NCBI GenBank assembly: GCA_048128005.1
Contig: JBEUKZ010000034.1
Coordinates: 124,001-185,510, forward strand
Origin: Veleropilina oligotropha
Lineage: Eukaryota
Length of the DNA stretch: 61,510 nucleotides
Direction: 5' to 3'
In this document: positions 1-13,327 of the stretch, one piece after another
Position numbering within the stretch: the stretch's first letter is position 1
Layout: each line of letters begins with the position of its first letter
Translations under genes and position numbers: made by a program
Notes under the pieces: generated by a model
What the model was told of the DNA's origin: nothing
Seen by the model: only the letters and a program-made list of their open reading frames with translations
Database searches by the model: none

Positions 1-43
1 GAGTTGTCCTGACCTTATTATCAGATTTGTCTTTCTCTTTAAG

Positions 44-625
44 GGACCGTAGCTCCTCCTTGGACAGTAAATATTCCAGCAAATCCAAGAAGAGTAAAAA
101 GAATAAAGCGCGAAGGAAATCAAGAAGTAAATCGCGAGAGAGTGGATATTTAGCGAGGTCACATGGTCGACGGTCCAGGTCTTTGAGCAGATCAAGAGAG
201 ACTGGATATTTACCGAGGTCTCACGGACGACGCTCCAGGTCGAGGAGTCTGGATCGGCGTTCTGGTCGAGATCGACGATCGCGATCACGCAGCTATCGAT
301 CACGAAGTCGCGAGATAAGACTGTCCTCGAGAAGTCGTTCTCGGTCCATTCAAAAAGAGAGATATCGCCGTTCGTGGACTAGAAGTCGGGAGAGGTCACT
401 CTCCAGAGGCCGGGGAAGAAGGTCCATTTCCCGAGACCGATATCGTAGAAGTCGAGAGAGATCGTATTCACGGGGGAGAGATCGCAGATCCTGGTCGCGA
501 GGAAGGACAAGGAGGTCCACATCCGTGGGGCGAGAGAGGAGATCGATATCAAGAGGTAGACGGTCAAGGAGTTATGGCCGTCGGTCAAGCAGCAGAAGTC
601 GCAATGGACATGCTAAATCCAGAAG
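44..625 (+). CDS. RSRC1: RSRC1/SRrp53-like Arg/Ser-rich protein, internal exon encoding the RS domain (upstream exons lie outside the window)
   Basis: Pyrimidine tract and AG at 42-43; long RS-dipeptide ORF; donor AAG|GTATGT at 626; phase 2 matches the next exon. Confidence 0.85.
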
Positions 626-842
626 GTATGTTAAATGCATTGAGTATTGTACAGAAAGAGTCCTGCAATATTTGCTATGCAAATTTTCAGTACAATTGTT
701 CAATTTGCATTCGTTCGCGGCATTTCAATGTTGCTAATCAAATTTTCATTTGTGTGCAACAATCCAATTAAAAATAATGCAGGTTGTTATTTGCCTTCAT
801 GCATACTTATAAAATGATATCAATTCATTTACTCTTTTTCAG

Positions 843-920
843 ACCACATTCTAGAGAAAGAAAAAGAAACTACTCCAGTAATTCTGACAACGATGAAAAG
901 GGCAGTGCCTACAAAAAGGA
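843..920 (+). CDS. RSRC1: RSRC1-like exon (RPHSRERKRNYSSNSDNDEKGSAYKK)
   Basis: TTTTTCAG acceptor, GA|GTAAGC donor, 78 nt, phase-compatible on both sides. Confidence 0.8.
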
Positions 921-2359
921 GTAAGCTAATTATTTTGATTAACATATAATTTTAAATCAATTGAGTGACACCAGATTTGTAAAGGCTGGTCGATCATAGT
1001 AGCCGGCAAATTGGTTAAAATAGTAACTCAATTTTGTATTCATTGTATTTGTCAGAGGTATTTGTAAAAATATTTAAAGTTTAAGAAGACCGTATAAAAT
1101 ACATTATTTCCACTGCATAAACAATGCATATGGTTTTTCCATAAAATTGTTCAGTAAACTTTCCCACTCCAGTATTGAACAAGCACTGTCACACCTGCCC
1201 CCAACCAAGAGTCGTTCTGCTGTCCGCCTGTGGCACCTTTGATTGCCGTGATTTCTCAACTATGTTGGGACTATTCACAACCGAATGTGGTTTAGTCCGG
1301 AAAAAAGTCCGACCGAGTTGTACCGTGCTTCGTAGCTCGACCACGGTCGAGCTCGGTTTCAAAATGGCCACCGTTAATGCGAAAGGTTAGCATTCAATGT
1401 GTTTCCAATGAAATGTTGATTATAGCCCCTATCATCCATAATTATTCATTATTCCAAATGAATATATGTCATCATTTTATGAAGCCACCATTCACGCGAA
1501 TAATACATAATATTATATATGCAATAATATGATTCCTGTGATTGTTTTAATGGAAGAATTCTGGATTGATTCATAGTCGAATATTATTTTTGCTAACGGT
1601 GCTGTTAAATTATATTTATCTATGTATCATATATTATAATTTAGATATCAAACACTAGAAGTCTATATGTGACATTTATTGAAGTTGAATAAGTCAACAT
1701 TTCGACAGAGAGGTCATATTAGTTACAAACTTACCGTTACGTATTCACATGTGTCATGATAGTTATGCTATTGCTAAATCCGGAAATAGTGGAATCGCAT
1801 TGCACCATTTGTAAGAAAAGGAACACAGCACAGTACACACCCTGACCTCTCCCCTGTCAATCAAACCTTAAGTTCCTGCGACCTGCGACCTCCCACGTCA
1901 TGTGATATCAATTTCTTGTTGTTGATTTCTGTATTATCTAATATAATATTGCTTGAATTTACAGTCAATTCATATTTATATTGGATAATCACCTTAGTGA
2001 CGTTTCTTGCAAGAATTTCTTATAATTAAAATTTTACGTCGCTAAAAAGCAGATTTTAGGTTTAACGTGTTTCGGGTAAATCTGCTGAGACGGGGGTAAA
2101 ACGCTACCTACCTAATCTTTTGAATTTAAACAAGTGATTCAGGTGTTTTTAGGGCGGGTTTCGTAAATAAAACCTCTATTCAGTTGCGTCTTATTTGCGA
2201 CTTTTAAAAGTCTCAACCAGAGTCTCCCAGTCAGGAGTTGTAAGTGTAATATTCATTGCCCTTATCCTTCTCTGCGGATAAGGTACACTTAGTAAGTTGT
2301 AGTAGCATATTCACGCATCGCAGCTACCAGTGAATTACTCCTACTCTCCTTGCCATATT

Positions 2360-4600
2360 CCGTCCTTCCGTGTACAGCGTACCCGACTGTACTGAGAAGA
2401 TGAACGGGTCTGATAAGCACTCGGATAGTCGCATACATCGTAATTGTTCACGAAACCATCGTTATGCTATATCTACCCCGTGGACGGATCGTCAATGGGC
2501 GCTCCTGTACCCGGAATATAAGGCGACCAGGGTGTCTTCATCTTCCAAGGTTTCCCCCGGAAAACACTGCCGGTAAGGATTCTAATTCTCTTTCCTTGTC
2601 TGTTCCAGGGACGTTTATCGGCAATCATGAGAACTGTCTGCCGTCGGATTCCACGACGTCAGTTCCGTGATTCAATGGGCTGGAGTCACTGAATATTCGC
2701 CGTCATCCGAGACTCAGGTAGGTGCCCGAGAGCAGTTCGTTCCACCTCAACCGGTCTAGTATCCATGTCCAAAGTACCTTGCCGGCCTGCAAGGTACACC
2801 GGGCGTATCGGAAAACGACTCACGAGGGCAGGCAATACCCTGGGTTTCCTTCGGCCTCGAAGGATACGGGTAACGCTAGTCCTGCTGGGAGCTGCCTGTC
2901 GCTAGACAGCCAGCAACCCAAAGAAAAAGTCGGTATAGATGCCGGGCACCCTAGTGGTTCACAAAGCACCGGACACCCGACGCAACCCATCCTGCCGACC
3001 GTAATCGATGCAGTTAGCCCCTGTGCTACACTCATGGATTACGGAGCTCGCGGCAGTGATGGAGGGCCCGATGCCTCTCCCACGGCCTTTTGGTCGTGGA
3101 CGGACCGGCTGTGTTCGGTTCATTAGAGTATGGTGCGCTGCCCGTACCACCGAACGGAGCGGTAGACCCTATCGGACAGTGGCCGCAGTCTGTCGGGTCG
3201 CTCGCTACAGTGAGCGTGCCTTTTGCACGATTCCCTGTAGGCGACCGCTCTGTAGGAGACTCGAGACCCTGGTTCTCTACCGCTCCCGCCTATACAGCCT
3301 GTCTACCAGTCGCCACGGTGACCTCGAGCGAACTACAGGCTGTTGGTTCGACGTCCTTCATACCCCGGGCTTCTCTTTTGAGAATGTTCAGGCCATGATT
3401 GTGACGGAAGTCGAGTCCCGTTGTAGGTACTGTCTACCAGCTTCTCAGCCGACCCAGTTTCCTGCACCTCTGCCCGTGGCGCCGAGCACGGCTCCTGCTA
3501 CAGCGATGGAAATCGATTCTCGTTCTGACGAGAGCGACGCCTCCAATTGGTCCGATCTCGCTGAGTCGGTCGGTACTGTAGGATCTCGGAGTCTCGCAGG
3601 CACTCAGGAGCCGACCTCCACCATCCGCCGTAGGTACGACTCGGTTGCGTCTCTTCGCGGGGTGCTGACATTGGGAGATCCGACGCCGTCGATCACATCC
3701 AGAGTCCAGCCCAGAACGGTGGCACAGCACTTTACTGAGTTGGAAGCTTCCCTGCTTCCCGTACTCTCCCAGTCCGGATTAGACGACCTCGTCCTCGACT
3801 CGATGACTAAGTTCATACATGGATGCAAAACGTTGGAGACCTCCTCGTTGACGGAGTACCCTTCAGGTCTTCGCAAGGGGAAGTATCTCGGGTCCAACAA
3901 GCGTCGGTTACCGATAGCTTACGATGGACCTTGCCTGGCGACCGAGCCTGCTAGGATTGATGCTGCCTTGCGCCGACTTCAGACCAGTCAGACTCACTCG
4001 GTGGCAAAGGTTCCATGGGCCGCCATGGAAACCTTTGATAGCTCTACCCGTGGGGATCTGCGGCTTACTTCCGTACAGGATTTCTTCCTAGACGGGGTCC
4101 GATAGCCTTCCTACAGCAGGAAGGACCTGGTGGCGCTCGCGAGACCGCCCTGTCCTTCTTGCACAAGGTTGCTGCCACCATGGAGGATGGATCGATGGAA
4201 ATGGGACGAGTCCTAAGCAATGCGCTCCTACTCCGTAGGGACACTTGCTTGGAGGGGACATCGATAGATGAGGCTGCCCGGCGCTCACTTTGATGTGCAC
4301 CTCTGTCGGCCTCTACCCTCCTTGGAGACGATTTCCCCAAATTTGTCGACAGGAGAATCGCCAAACTTAAGGATCGTGCCATCGAGAAGGCAGTGCTGGC
4401 TACCCCCCGGGGCCCACCTACCTCCTCGAAGAAGCGCTCGGCTCCACCTCGGAGCCATAAGCGTGCCAAACCTAGTGGCGGGCCGTCGGCCGATAAGTCC
4501 ACAAAGAAGGCACCTCTATCGAAGTCCCGTCAGAGTGGGACAGGGAAGCGTGCTCGGTCCTAGGGTTGCCAACATTTACGACGAACTCAGCTGCACGCAC
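2360..4600 (+). pseudogene. DIRS-A gag-like ORF1 remnant
   Basis: Decayed N-terminal Cys/His motif (DKH..RIHRNC...W); collinear with ORF1 of copy B; contains stops and frameshifts. Confidence 0.7.
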
Positions 4601-5179
4601 CCCGCTGGTGGGAGCGTGTCTACTAGCGTACAGCCCGACGTGGCTAGGTTCACTCGGTCGTGAGTGTCGGATACAATTAGCTTTCATCCAGCATCCAACC
4701 CTAACCGTGCAACCACCAGGACCCACTCGTCTCCAACAGCGAGAAAAACAAGCTGTCCTAGACCAGGCAGTACGGGATTTACTCCTGAAAGGAGCCATTT
4801 ATCCCGTGCCGCCCAGCACACCAGGATATTAAAGCCATTTCTTCCTGGTCCCGAAATCCGATGGCCGTTGGAGACAGATCCTCGATCTATCGCACCTCAA
4901 CCGGTATCTTCGCATCGAGAAGTTCTAGCAAGAAACACTCTCGAAGATACGAGCGACCATCCGTCCGGGCGACTGAGCAGCGTCTATCGACATGACCGAT
5001 GCGTACCTGCATGTTCCGATGCATATCTCGGCTCATCAGTACCTCCGGTTTATTGATGGGATGACAATATACCAATTCAGGTGTCTACCGTTCGGTCTAT
5101 CATTAGCCCCATACGTCTTCACGAGAACAGTACAGGCCCCCGGGGCCTCCCTACATTGTTTGGGGCACAGGGTATATAT

Positions 5180-8100
5180 GAGCCAGTCTACGGAGTCATA
5201 CAATTTCCGTTACGTCCAAGCTTTTTGAAAATATCTACAAAGTCTGTTTTCCTAATGAAATCAAATAATACTAATTAACATCATTATATAACAAGGAGAT
5301 AACTGGCAAAAATATGTTTGGGAATAATCAAAACTTTAGCTACAATTTTACATTTTCATCTGAAATGTCATGCTTTTTATGCCATTTTTTCGTGTCCTAA
5401 TCGAGAACGTCCGTTTCAACATATAATTTCCGATCTTTATGTACCGTGCATGTTTGACCAAATCAGTTCAAATTTAGGAAATGACATTCAAAAACAAGGT
5501 AAAATGTGGTTTTCACATCAAAACACAATTAATTATATTGAATTGTTCCTTGATAAAATATTGTATGGATGTAACATTTTGTGTCATAAATGTTACATCC
5601 AAATATTGCCAAATCTCCATTTTAGTGATGTGAGCATCTATTATGTTATTTTACGATTATAATGTGTTCATATAAGCGTTTTTAGAGCAGATGTTGTAAA
5701 TACAACATTTTACATTTATTGGTCAAAATTTTTTCTTTTTTGTTGAACAAATGTTTTGGTGTCATATTGTTACGTCCAAGAAAATGAAAGATACAATCAA
5801 AATAAATAATTTGCAAGTTAAATTTGATCAATTACTTTATGGCATCATCGGGAGCCAAGACCGATTGACGATTGTGTTCAAAACGGGGCACTGTTGTGAA
5901 GATTTTTCGTTGTGGCATGGCTTGTCAAAAAGTAATTGCTTCTTGCCTTTGTTGTTACATCCGAGAACAAGTGCATGTGACTAGTAGATTGAGGCTTAAA
6001 ATGACAAATATTCATTGTAACTGGAAATTAAAGGATGTGTCTTTGAATGATCGATACATTTTGCTTCAAAATGGCAGTTGAAAATGGTCTGTCAGAGGAA
6101 ACGTTTGACCTCGTTACGATAAATTGTCAACATGATTCATATATTTGTTTGCATTCATTTAGTGTCTTTGTTACGTCTTGGTGATATAATGTAAGTTCAT
6201 ATGGTTACTATTTGAACATAATATAGCATATTCACAATTTGAATACACAAGTGTTAAGGAGCATATTTTAATGCAAAAAAGGACTGTACAAGAAGTACAC
6301 ATGTAGGTTTTTGCCAGTTATATCCAAGATGTAACATTGACACCAAAGATTCAGTACTGTGCCCGTATCTTTGTTACATCTTTTCCAATAATGTTGTATC
6401 CACTATTTTATCAGTATATTTTGAATAATTATATAAAAGCACAATGTTTATATTTTAATAATCAGTTCCTCTAATATTTTTTAATTAGTTTTAAAATATG
6501 CGGAAGTGTCATACTCTCTCATTTAGCCAGGATGTAACATTGACACCAAAGTTGAAGTACTAAATTTGTGTCTTTGTTACATCTTTTACAAAAATGCATT
6601 ATAAAATATCTTACAATGGATATTGAATGTATAAACCATCCAATTATCTGGTGGATACTATTTTGTATTTATTTTATTTATAAAGGCAGTAGTGTTTTGT
6701 TTATTTGACTTATTTAATATTTACCCAGGATGTAACCAAGACACCAAACTTGAATTACAACTTCGGGGTCTTCGTTACATCTTTTCTAATAATTCCTTTT
6801 GCAAAGTTTAATGCTTGATTCTGAATTAAAAAATCAATCAATTATGTGTCATATTGTGTTTTTAATATTTACTATTTTTTAAATTGATAGAACACTGGCA
6901 CCAAGATTAAGTACTTATTTATATCAGTGTCATTGTTACATCTTTTCCAATGATTCTGTATCTACTATTTTAACAGTAGATTTTGAATATATGAAAAACA
7001 ATGTGGCTCTATTCATAATCAGCGACTTCAGTATTTTGAATTCCTTTAAAAATGTATGAAGTAGTGCTATATTCTACCATTTATCCAAGATGTAACAATG
7101 AAACCAAAGTTGAAGTACTATGTCAGTGTCATTGTTACATCTTTTCCAATCATTATTTATGAAATATTAATTATTTATTTGTCCTATTTCTGGTTGATAA
7201 TATTTTGGATTTTCTCATTAAATTAAACAAATAGTGTTATATTAATATTCATTTAACCAGGATGCAACAGGGACACCAAACTGACAATGACATTGATTTA
7301 CTTATTGAGACATTACCATCCTTTTTACTTTTGATTGTTGTCACACCATTTAACATGGAGTCATTGCTCATGCATTGAATATTGGATTCAGATTCAGAAG
7401 AAAATCTTATTTAGAAACTATGTTAACATAGTAATTAGCAACATTACTGTGCTCACTGTCTCCTGCGCATGCATTGGGTCCAGGATTTTGTATAAATTTT
7501 AAGATAGTTAACTTAATTGATGTCACTAATTTGATATATATTATGTAGTGTAATTGCTAATATACTGGAACCCTAATTAATCTATAATGAAAACAATGTC
7601 AAAATGAGAATATTAAAGAACCATTGTGCACTATTTCCATTATTAAAGATATGTGTACATGTTCTGCACTATTTCCATTATTAAAGATATGATTGTGTGC
7701 ATGTTCTGTTTTGTGCTTGTATATAATACAATTTGTCGATTATGTAGTTGTTTTTTACCTTTGGAGTAAATTTATTATGATTGTTAAAAGTTTTCGCATA
7801 TTAAGTTTGTATTTATTACAAGCTTGCATCTCGCGACTAGTGGGAAAAAATGTTCATGGTACTCTTACGACGTTTATAAAAGGGGGGTTGGGAGTTCCAT
7901 GAATTTTCTCACAGCTAGACCACAACAAAAATAAGCTTAATCATGTTTATAATTGAAAAATTTATACTTTTATTACACTAGAACAAATAATGACACTTTT
8001 TACATTTTGAATGTATATATTGTATCACCCGATAACTTTTCGGGGGATAATATGGTTTAGCGTCTATTACGGCGCATCCGGAATGGAGAAATTCCTCGTG

Positions 8101-9311
8101 ATTGCTCTAAACAGGTAATTTCTTAACCGAATGTTTTCAAATTTGGAATGTACGTAGTTGGTTGGGGTGATCGATAATACAACACTTATCGACTCCAGGT
8201 GTGGTCCAACCTTCAAGGTGGCCATCATCTTGGATATGCCAGGATGATGCATATGCAGTCAGGAGTGACCAAGCTTTCTAGTTATTTAGGTAGATCATAA
8301 ATACTTCTGTAAGATTACAGAATGTATTAATAATTCAGTTAAAAATTATTAATTGTACTGATACTTTCAATGTGATCTAAATAATAAAAGTATATTTGTC
8401 TCGGAGGTCTTGATCGATCTTGAACAGTCATCATACCTTGCCGTTTCAATGTACATCCTCAATACAGGACAACTTTCAATTTGGAAAGTAAAGGAAATTT
8501 TACTTGATCATGGTTTATTGCAGCTACAGTTATATCGGGATGACAACAAATCATGTTAGTTCTTATACTGTGTATTTCGATAGAGTTTAGCTGTGCACCA
8601 TGACAAATAGTAAATAAAAACCTGAAAATATATTCAAACTGATGTAAAACATTATGAGGAACACGGCAGAAGGAAATTACTGAGCTTCATGCAATAGAAA
8701 TACACATGTATGACAGGAATTAAACATTTTATCCATGAAAACAAAACATTTTGGATGTAACACGGGACACAGAGATTTCACTTATACATTCAAATAAATG
8801 GTAAAATCTTTGCCATTTCACTTTTGAATTTGTTTAAAAATAAAATTAACCATTCTTTTTTCTATAACAAGACAAAATAGAGAATAAATATCATCTATAA
8901 TCTGTTTCTTGTCCTAATAAGTTCGAAAATGGTGTCCTGTTACATCCTCAAGTTATCCTTGGGTGTATTTCTGCTTTGAAGACATCAAAATAAACTTCTT
9001 CATAGTAAATATAATAGTATGATAGCACTGATAATGATTTTGAATGAATTTAGCCCCTACCTGACGCACGTATACAAAAACATGTGAAACCAAATGTTAT
9101 TTTTGTGTCCTGTTACGTCCTGGATTTTGACATAAAAGTTGTGTTTCCTCTAATTTCTCAAAGCAGAACTATCTTTTCCTTCATTTGTCCGGATGCATCA
9201 TCATTTTGTGCTGTGTAATCTACCATCACTTTGATTTTTACATTATTTTGAAATTTGGAAAAAAACTGTTCTCGGACGTAACAAAAATTGTATGACACCG
9301 TAGACTGGCTC
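5180..9311. mobile_element. Non-autonomous DNA transposon with GAG..CTC termini (Sola-like), inserted in the DIRS-A RT
   Basis: ~38-bp TIR GAGCCAGTCTACGG(A/T)GTCATACAATTT..GTTACGTCC; ATATAT on both flanks; removing it restores the sequence seen at ~18741 in copy B; no transposase ORF. Confidence 0.85.
8021..8240 (+). repeat. HINE/MITE-like repeat fragment
   Basis: 5' hairpin (CCCGA..TCGGG) followed by TATGGTTTAG, similar to the start of the element at 22185. Confidence 0.5.
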
Positions 9312-12300
9312 ATATATGTACCTCGACGACTGGTTGATTCTCGGGGCGTCCAGAGATCAGTGCCTCCAGTCCACGAGTTTTACCCTGTCATCGGCGAAGC
9401 GCCTGGGATTTCAGATCAATGAGATCAAATCCTGCTTCATGCCCTCGACGACGACTACGTTCCTCGGAGTCGACTTCGATACGGTCCAGTACACCACGAA
9501 GCTGACACAGAAACGTACCGAGAGAACCTACGCTCAGTTATCCAGGACACGAGACCTTCGGGGATAGCCACTGCGCGACAACTGGCCACTGTCTTAGGAC
9601 ACATGGTGTCGGTAGCACTCTTATTACTGACAGGACGCAGACAAACGACCGTTACAGCGGGCCTTCAGAGACCGCTGGGTACAACGGACGGGACAGTGGA
9701 CGGATCGCATCGATCTACGGCATTGGTTTACTCAAACGACAGCAGTGTGGCTGAACCCTGCCTTGCCGAGCCAGTCGGTTCCGATATCCCCACCAGAACC
9801 GAATGCATTCCTCTTCACGGATGCTTCGAACGAGGCTGGGGGGTTACCTCGACAGTTACGAGACATCGGGCCTTTGGCTGACGGACCTGCAGGGACGACA
9901 CATCAACTTTTAGTTGGAGGCAGTCTACCTATCAGTATGGTCCTTCGCGTCACATCTCCGCAACAAGCTTATTACGCTAGCCACGGACAACACGACTGTC
10001 ATTGCATACGTTCAACACCAGGGCGGCACTCGCTCGCGTTCCATTTGCGGCCGGCTATCGACCTATACCGCCTAGTGATGTCCCTCAACTCGTCGATACG
10101 AGCACGACACATCTCGGGAATGTTGGACGTCAGAGCGGTCTCGCTTTCTCGGAAATCACAGATTATACACACAGAGTGGACGCTACACAGCCGAGTAGCT
10201 CGGTAGGTTTGTCGCCAGTGGTCGCAACCCCAAGTCGATCTGTTCGCAACAGAATTCAATTGCCGACTCCCTCTGTATGTCTCCCCGTACCCGCATCCAG
10301 CCGCGATGCACTGTCAATGACATGGGAGAATCTGATCGCCTACTCTCTCCCGCCGTCGTGCATACTGCAGCTGGTGCTGAAGAAGGCATCAATAGAACGC
10401 TGCGAGATAACGCTGATAGCGCATTGATTTCCGACACTTCTCGATCTGATCGTACGCTAACGCTACTGCAGATACCAGACCTGTTGAAGCAACCGCGTTC
10501 GCGGGTACTCCACCCGTCGTTTACACGCATGGCGGTTATTGAACGATCGCTCATTAAGAAGGCTTTTCTCGGAGAGAGCAACTGCCCACCGTATCTACCG
10601 ATTGAGAAGGAATTCCACTACGAATGTCTACGACTATATCATTGGTCTATGTATGTGGATTGCTGTCACAGCAGGGAAATCGATACACTCAATCCCCCTG
10701 TGAACAAATTTATCGAGTTTATTTCATCATTTTTCGAACGAGGGCTATCAGTATCAGCGGTCAAAGGTTACCGTGCTACAATTTTGACTATGCTTCGACA
10801 GTGTCGAGCACATGTTAAGCTATCCGACGACCGTACTATCTCTGATTACATACGCTCTTATTAACTCAAAGGACCGACCGGGCTAGCACGGATGCCAGCG
10901 TGGAACATCGTACTCATCTTAAATGCTCTGCTTCGCCCACCATATGTGCCTTTGGGGTAGTTTCTCTCAAATATCTTACCCACAAAGTAGTCTTTCTAAC
11001 TGCCCTAACAGCCTAAGGTCGGGTCGGCGTTACTCGGAAATACATAGTTTTCGTCCGAGCCTCGAGACATCAGGTTTCACTCCGATGCATCGGTCATCCT
11101 TCACCCTGTGTTAGGTTTTTTTAGCCAAGAACTAACGGCGAATGAAGTCACTCCCATTGTCGTTATCTCGAAATTATCATTAGTCTGACGACATGACGCG
11201 GACGGATAAAATTGTCCGGTGCGCGCCTTGAAGTTTTATATGGATCGGACCCATGAACTGCGATGTGGCAAGCAACGTTTATTTATTTCGTACATGCCAA
11301 ATTTTCATCACGACATAACTAAAATTAGTGTGTCCAGATGAATTGCGCAGGCTGTGAAGGATATTCACAACGCACTCTAGTATCTATACGCGCTCATGAG
11401 ACGCGTGCGATTGCTGCAACCCTTGCTGTTCGACATTCCTTGAACATGGAGAGCCTGTTAAAACCAGGTTATTAGAAAACGCTAATGTGTTTATCTCCGT
11501 GATTATTCTACGGGCGTTGATGGCATTAGTAGCCTACAATGTGTCGCAGCTCAACGGACAATAGTCACTCAGAGGTCACGTGACAAGTAGGTATTGTGCT
11601 CTAATTAGCTCATTCAATACTTTTATTACTGTGTAATATATTTCTGGTCTGCATTGCATTTTGTACACTCTTAGTAAAATTCAATGTGAAATTAATTCTT
11701 AACATTTATTTAAGATTTAGTTCATTTGCATTGAATTAGGACGGTTATATTACAAAATCTTAAAAATGTTTTCAAGATTTTAATATTATTGATGTTACCT
11801 ATTGCTGTTCGGAACATACGATGTTTTAGACATTGCAAAAATGTAATATTAAATATCTTGAATTTCTTTAAGTTACATGTGTACATGTAGCACTTCGCAT
11901 TTTGATCATGCAAACTCTTTATTAATAATTTTATTTATTAATTTGTGCTGAATATGATTGCAGATAACCCGCCGGGTGTCGTGAGTGCTTATCATATTTG
12001 ATCACCTACTGTTACATGGTTTTTCAGACCCGGGTACTCCAGTAGGCTGCTTCGTCCCATGACATACAGACCCACCTGAGGGCTTTTGCCTGGGGCTGAC
12101 TGCACCTTCGCTCACCATGTCTGCTAACCCCCTCTGGCGTTTTTCCCAATCTCATTGGTTAAACACTATCATGAGGTAAGAGTAGGATTATACTCATTTC
12201 TACTCCGAGCGGACCCGAATCAATGCTAAAAGCGATATACTTCGGTGACGTAAGTTTTTGATCTTGGTGTAAATATAGACTTTATTTTAGTTTATATAGG

Positions 12301-13264
12301 AACTTGTTCCCGCCAACCAAGGTTATTCTGGCACTTGTGAATATATGTAATGGTAAGTTTGTAACTAATATTAAGGTTTATAGTACATGTAGTAAACCTA
12401 TTATTAGTTAAAACTTACCATACGTATTCACTACAGTTCCCACCCTGCTCTTAGTATTCGCATACCTCCCCTCATTCCTTTAAGTTCCTTATCTTGATCG
12501 CTCCAACTGAAAACTAACCATTCTAGGGCGGGGCTCACGTGACCTCTTGACCTCACGTGACGTGGGAGGTCGCAGGTCACTGAACTTAAGGTTTGATTGA
12601 CAGGGGAGAGGTCAGGGTGTGTACCGTGCTGTGTTCCTTTTCTTACAAATGGTGCAAAGCGATTCCACTATTTCCGGATTTAGCAATAGCATAACTATTA
12701 TGGCACAAGTTTGTGAATACGTAAGGTAAGTTTTAACTAATACTAGGTTTACTATAAAACCTTAATTTTAACGGGTGAAGATGTGTCGATTAGTTATTTG
12801 ATATTATGACCGCCATTTTGAATGCACCGTAGTCTGGACTGGATCTCATTCGATTGTTGGTCAAACCATCATTAGTCGTAACCAGAGTGTCGCAACCGAA
12901 GGTGGCCCAGGTGGTATTCCTAATGCTAAATTTGTTTGGGCCATGGCAATGCATGGGTTGTGCTATTTTAAGAATTAGCATCACCACAATAGCTTCTTAT
13001 ACGCCATATTCTGACTGCTATTGTTAACATTAGGCCAGAAAGAGTGCTCAACTCAGCACCTCATGGGGAAAATCTAATGCTGTATTTGGACTTCATATGC
13101 CAAGTACATGTAACATATTTTCTGTATAATTTATTTTCAAAGTTACTTTGTTTTCTTTTTAAGTCTGTATTAACTTTTATTGATAGTTGTAAAGTGTAAT
13201 CATTTATAAGTTGCATTGTTAGGCTGCATTGTGCAAATTTTCATTATTTTAATTAATTTTCCAG

Positions 13265-13301
13265 CGATCCTTGCGCACATATCCCAGGATTTAAGGACAT
13301 G
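13265..13301 (+). CDS. RSRC1: RSRC1-like 37-nt exon (DDPCAHIPGFKDM)
   Basis: TTTTCCAG acceptor, ATG|GTAAGT donor; bridges phase 2 to phase 0 and runs in frame into the next exon. Confidence 0.8.
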
Positions 13302-13327
13302 GTAAGTAACCTGCTCCAATGCTGGAA

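Larger units (their letters stand above)
4605..11585 (+). pseudogene. DIRS-A RT/RNase H/MT-like and tyrosine recombinase remnants (split by an insertion)
   Basis: DAYLHVP, FRCLPFGLS, YLDDWLI (9316), LFTDAS, VDLFA, SGRRYSEI, CPVRAL and HETRA motifs; many disablements. Confidence 0.85.
1717..12768 (+). mobile_element. DIRS1-like tyrosine-recombinase retrotransposon, copy A (degenerate, interrupted at 5180..9311)
   Basis: Inverted terminal repeats ~1717-1905 and ~12553-12765; ICR ~12329-12431 complementary to both ends; gag, RT (LPFGLS..YLDDWL), RNase H, MT-like and YR remnants. Confidence 0.93.

Noticed and set aside
626..737. C-terminal extension of ORF 27..737
   Set aside because: Read-through into the intron beyond the donor at 626
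6320..7290. CRISPR-like repeat-spacer pattern
   Set aside because: Eukaryotic context, degenerate repeats, long AT-rich and partly related spacers, and a motif shared with the transposon TIR
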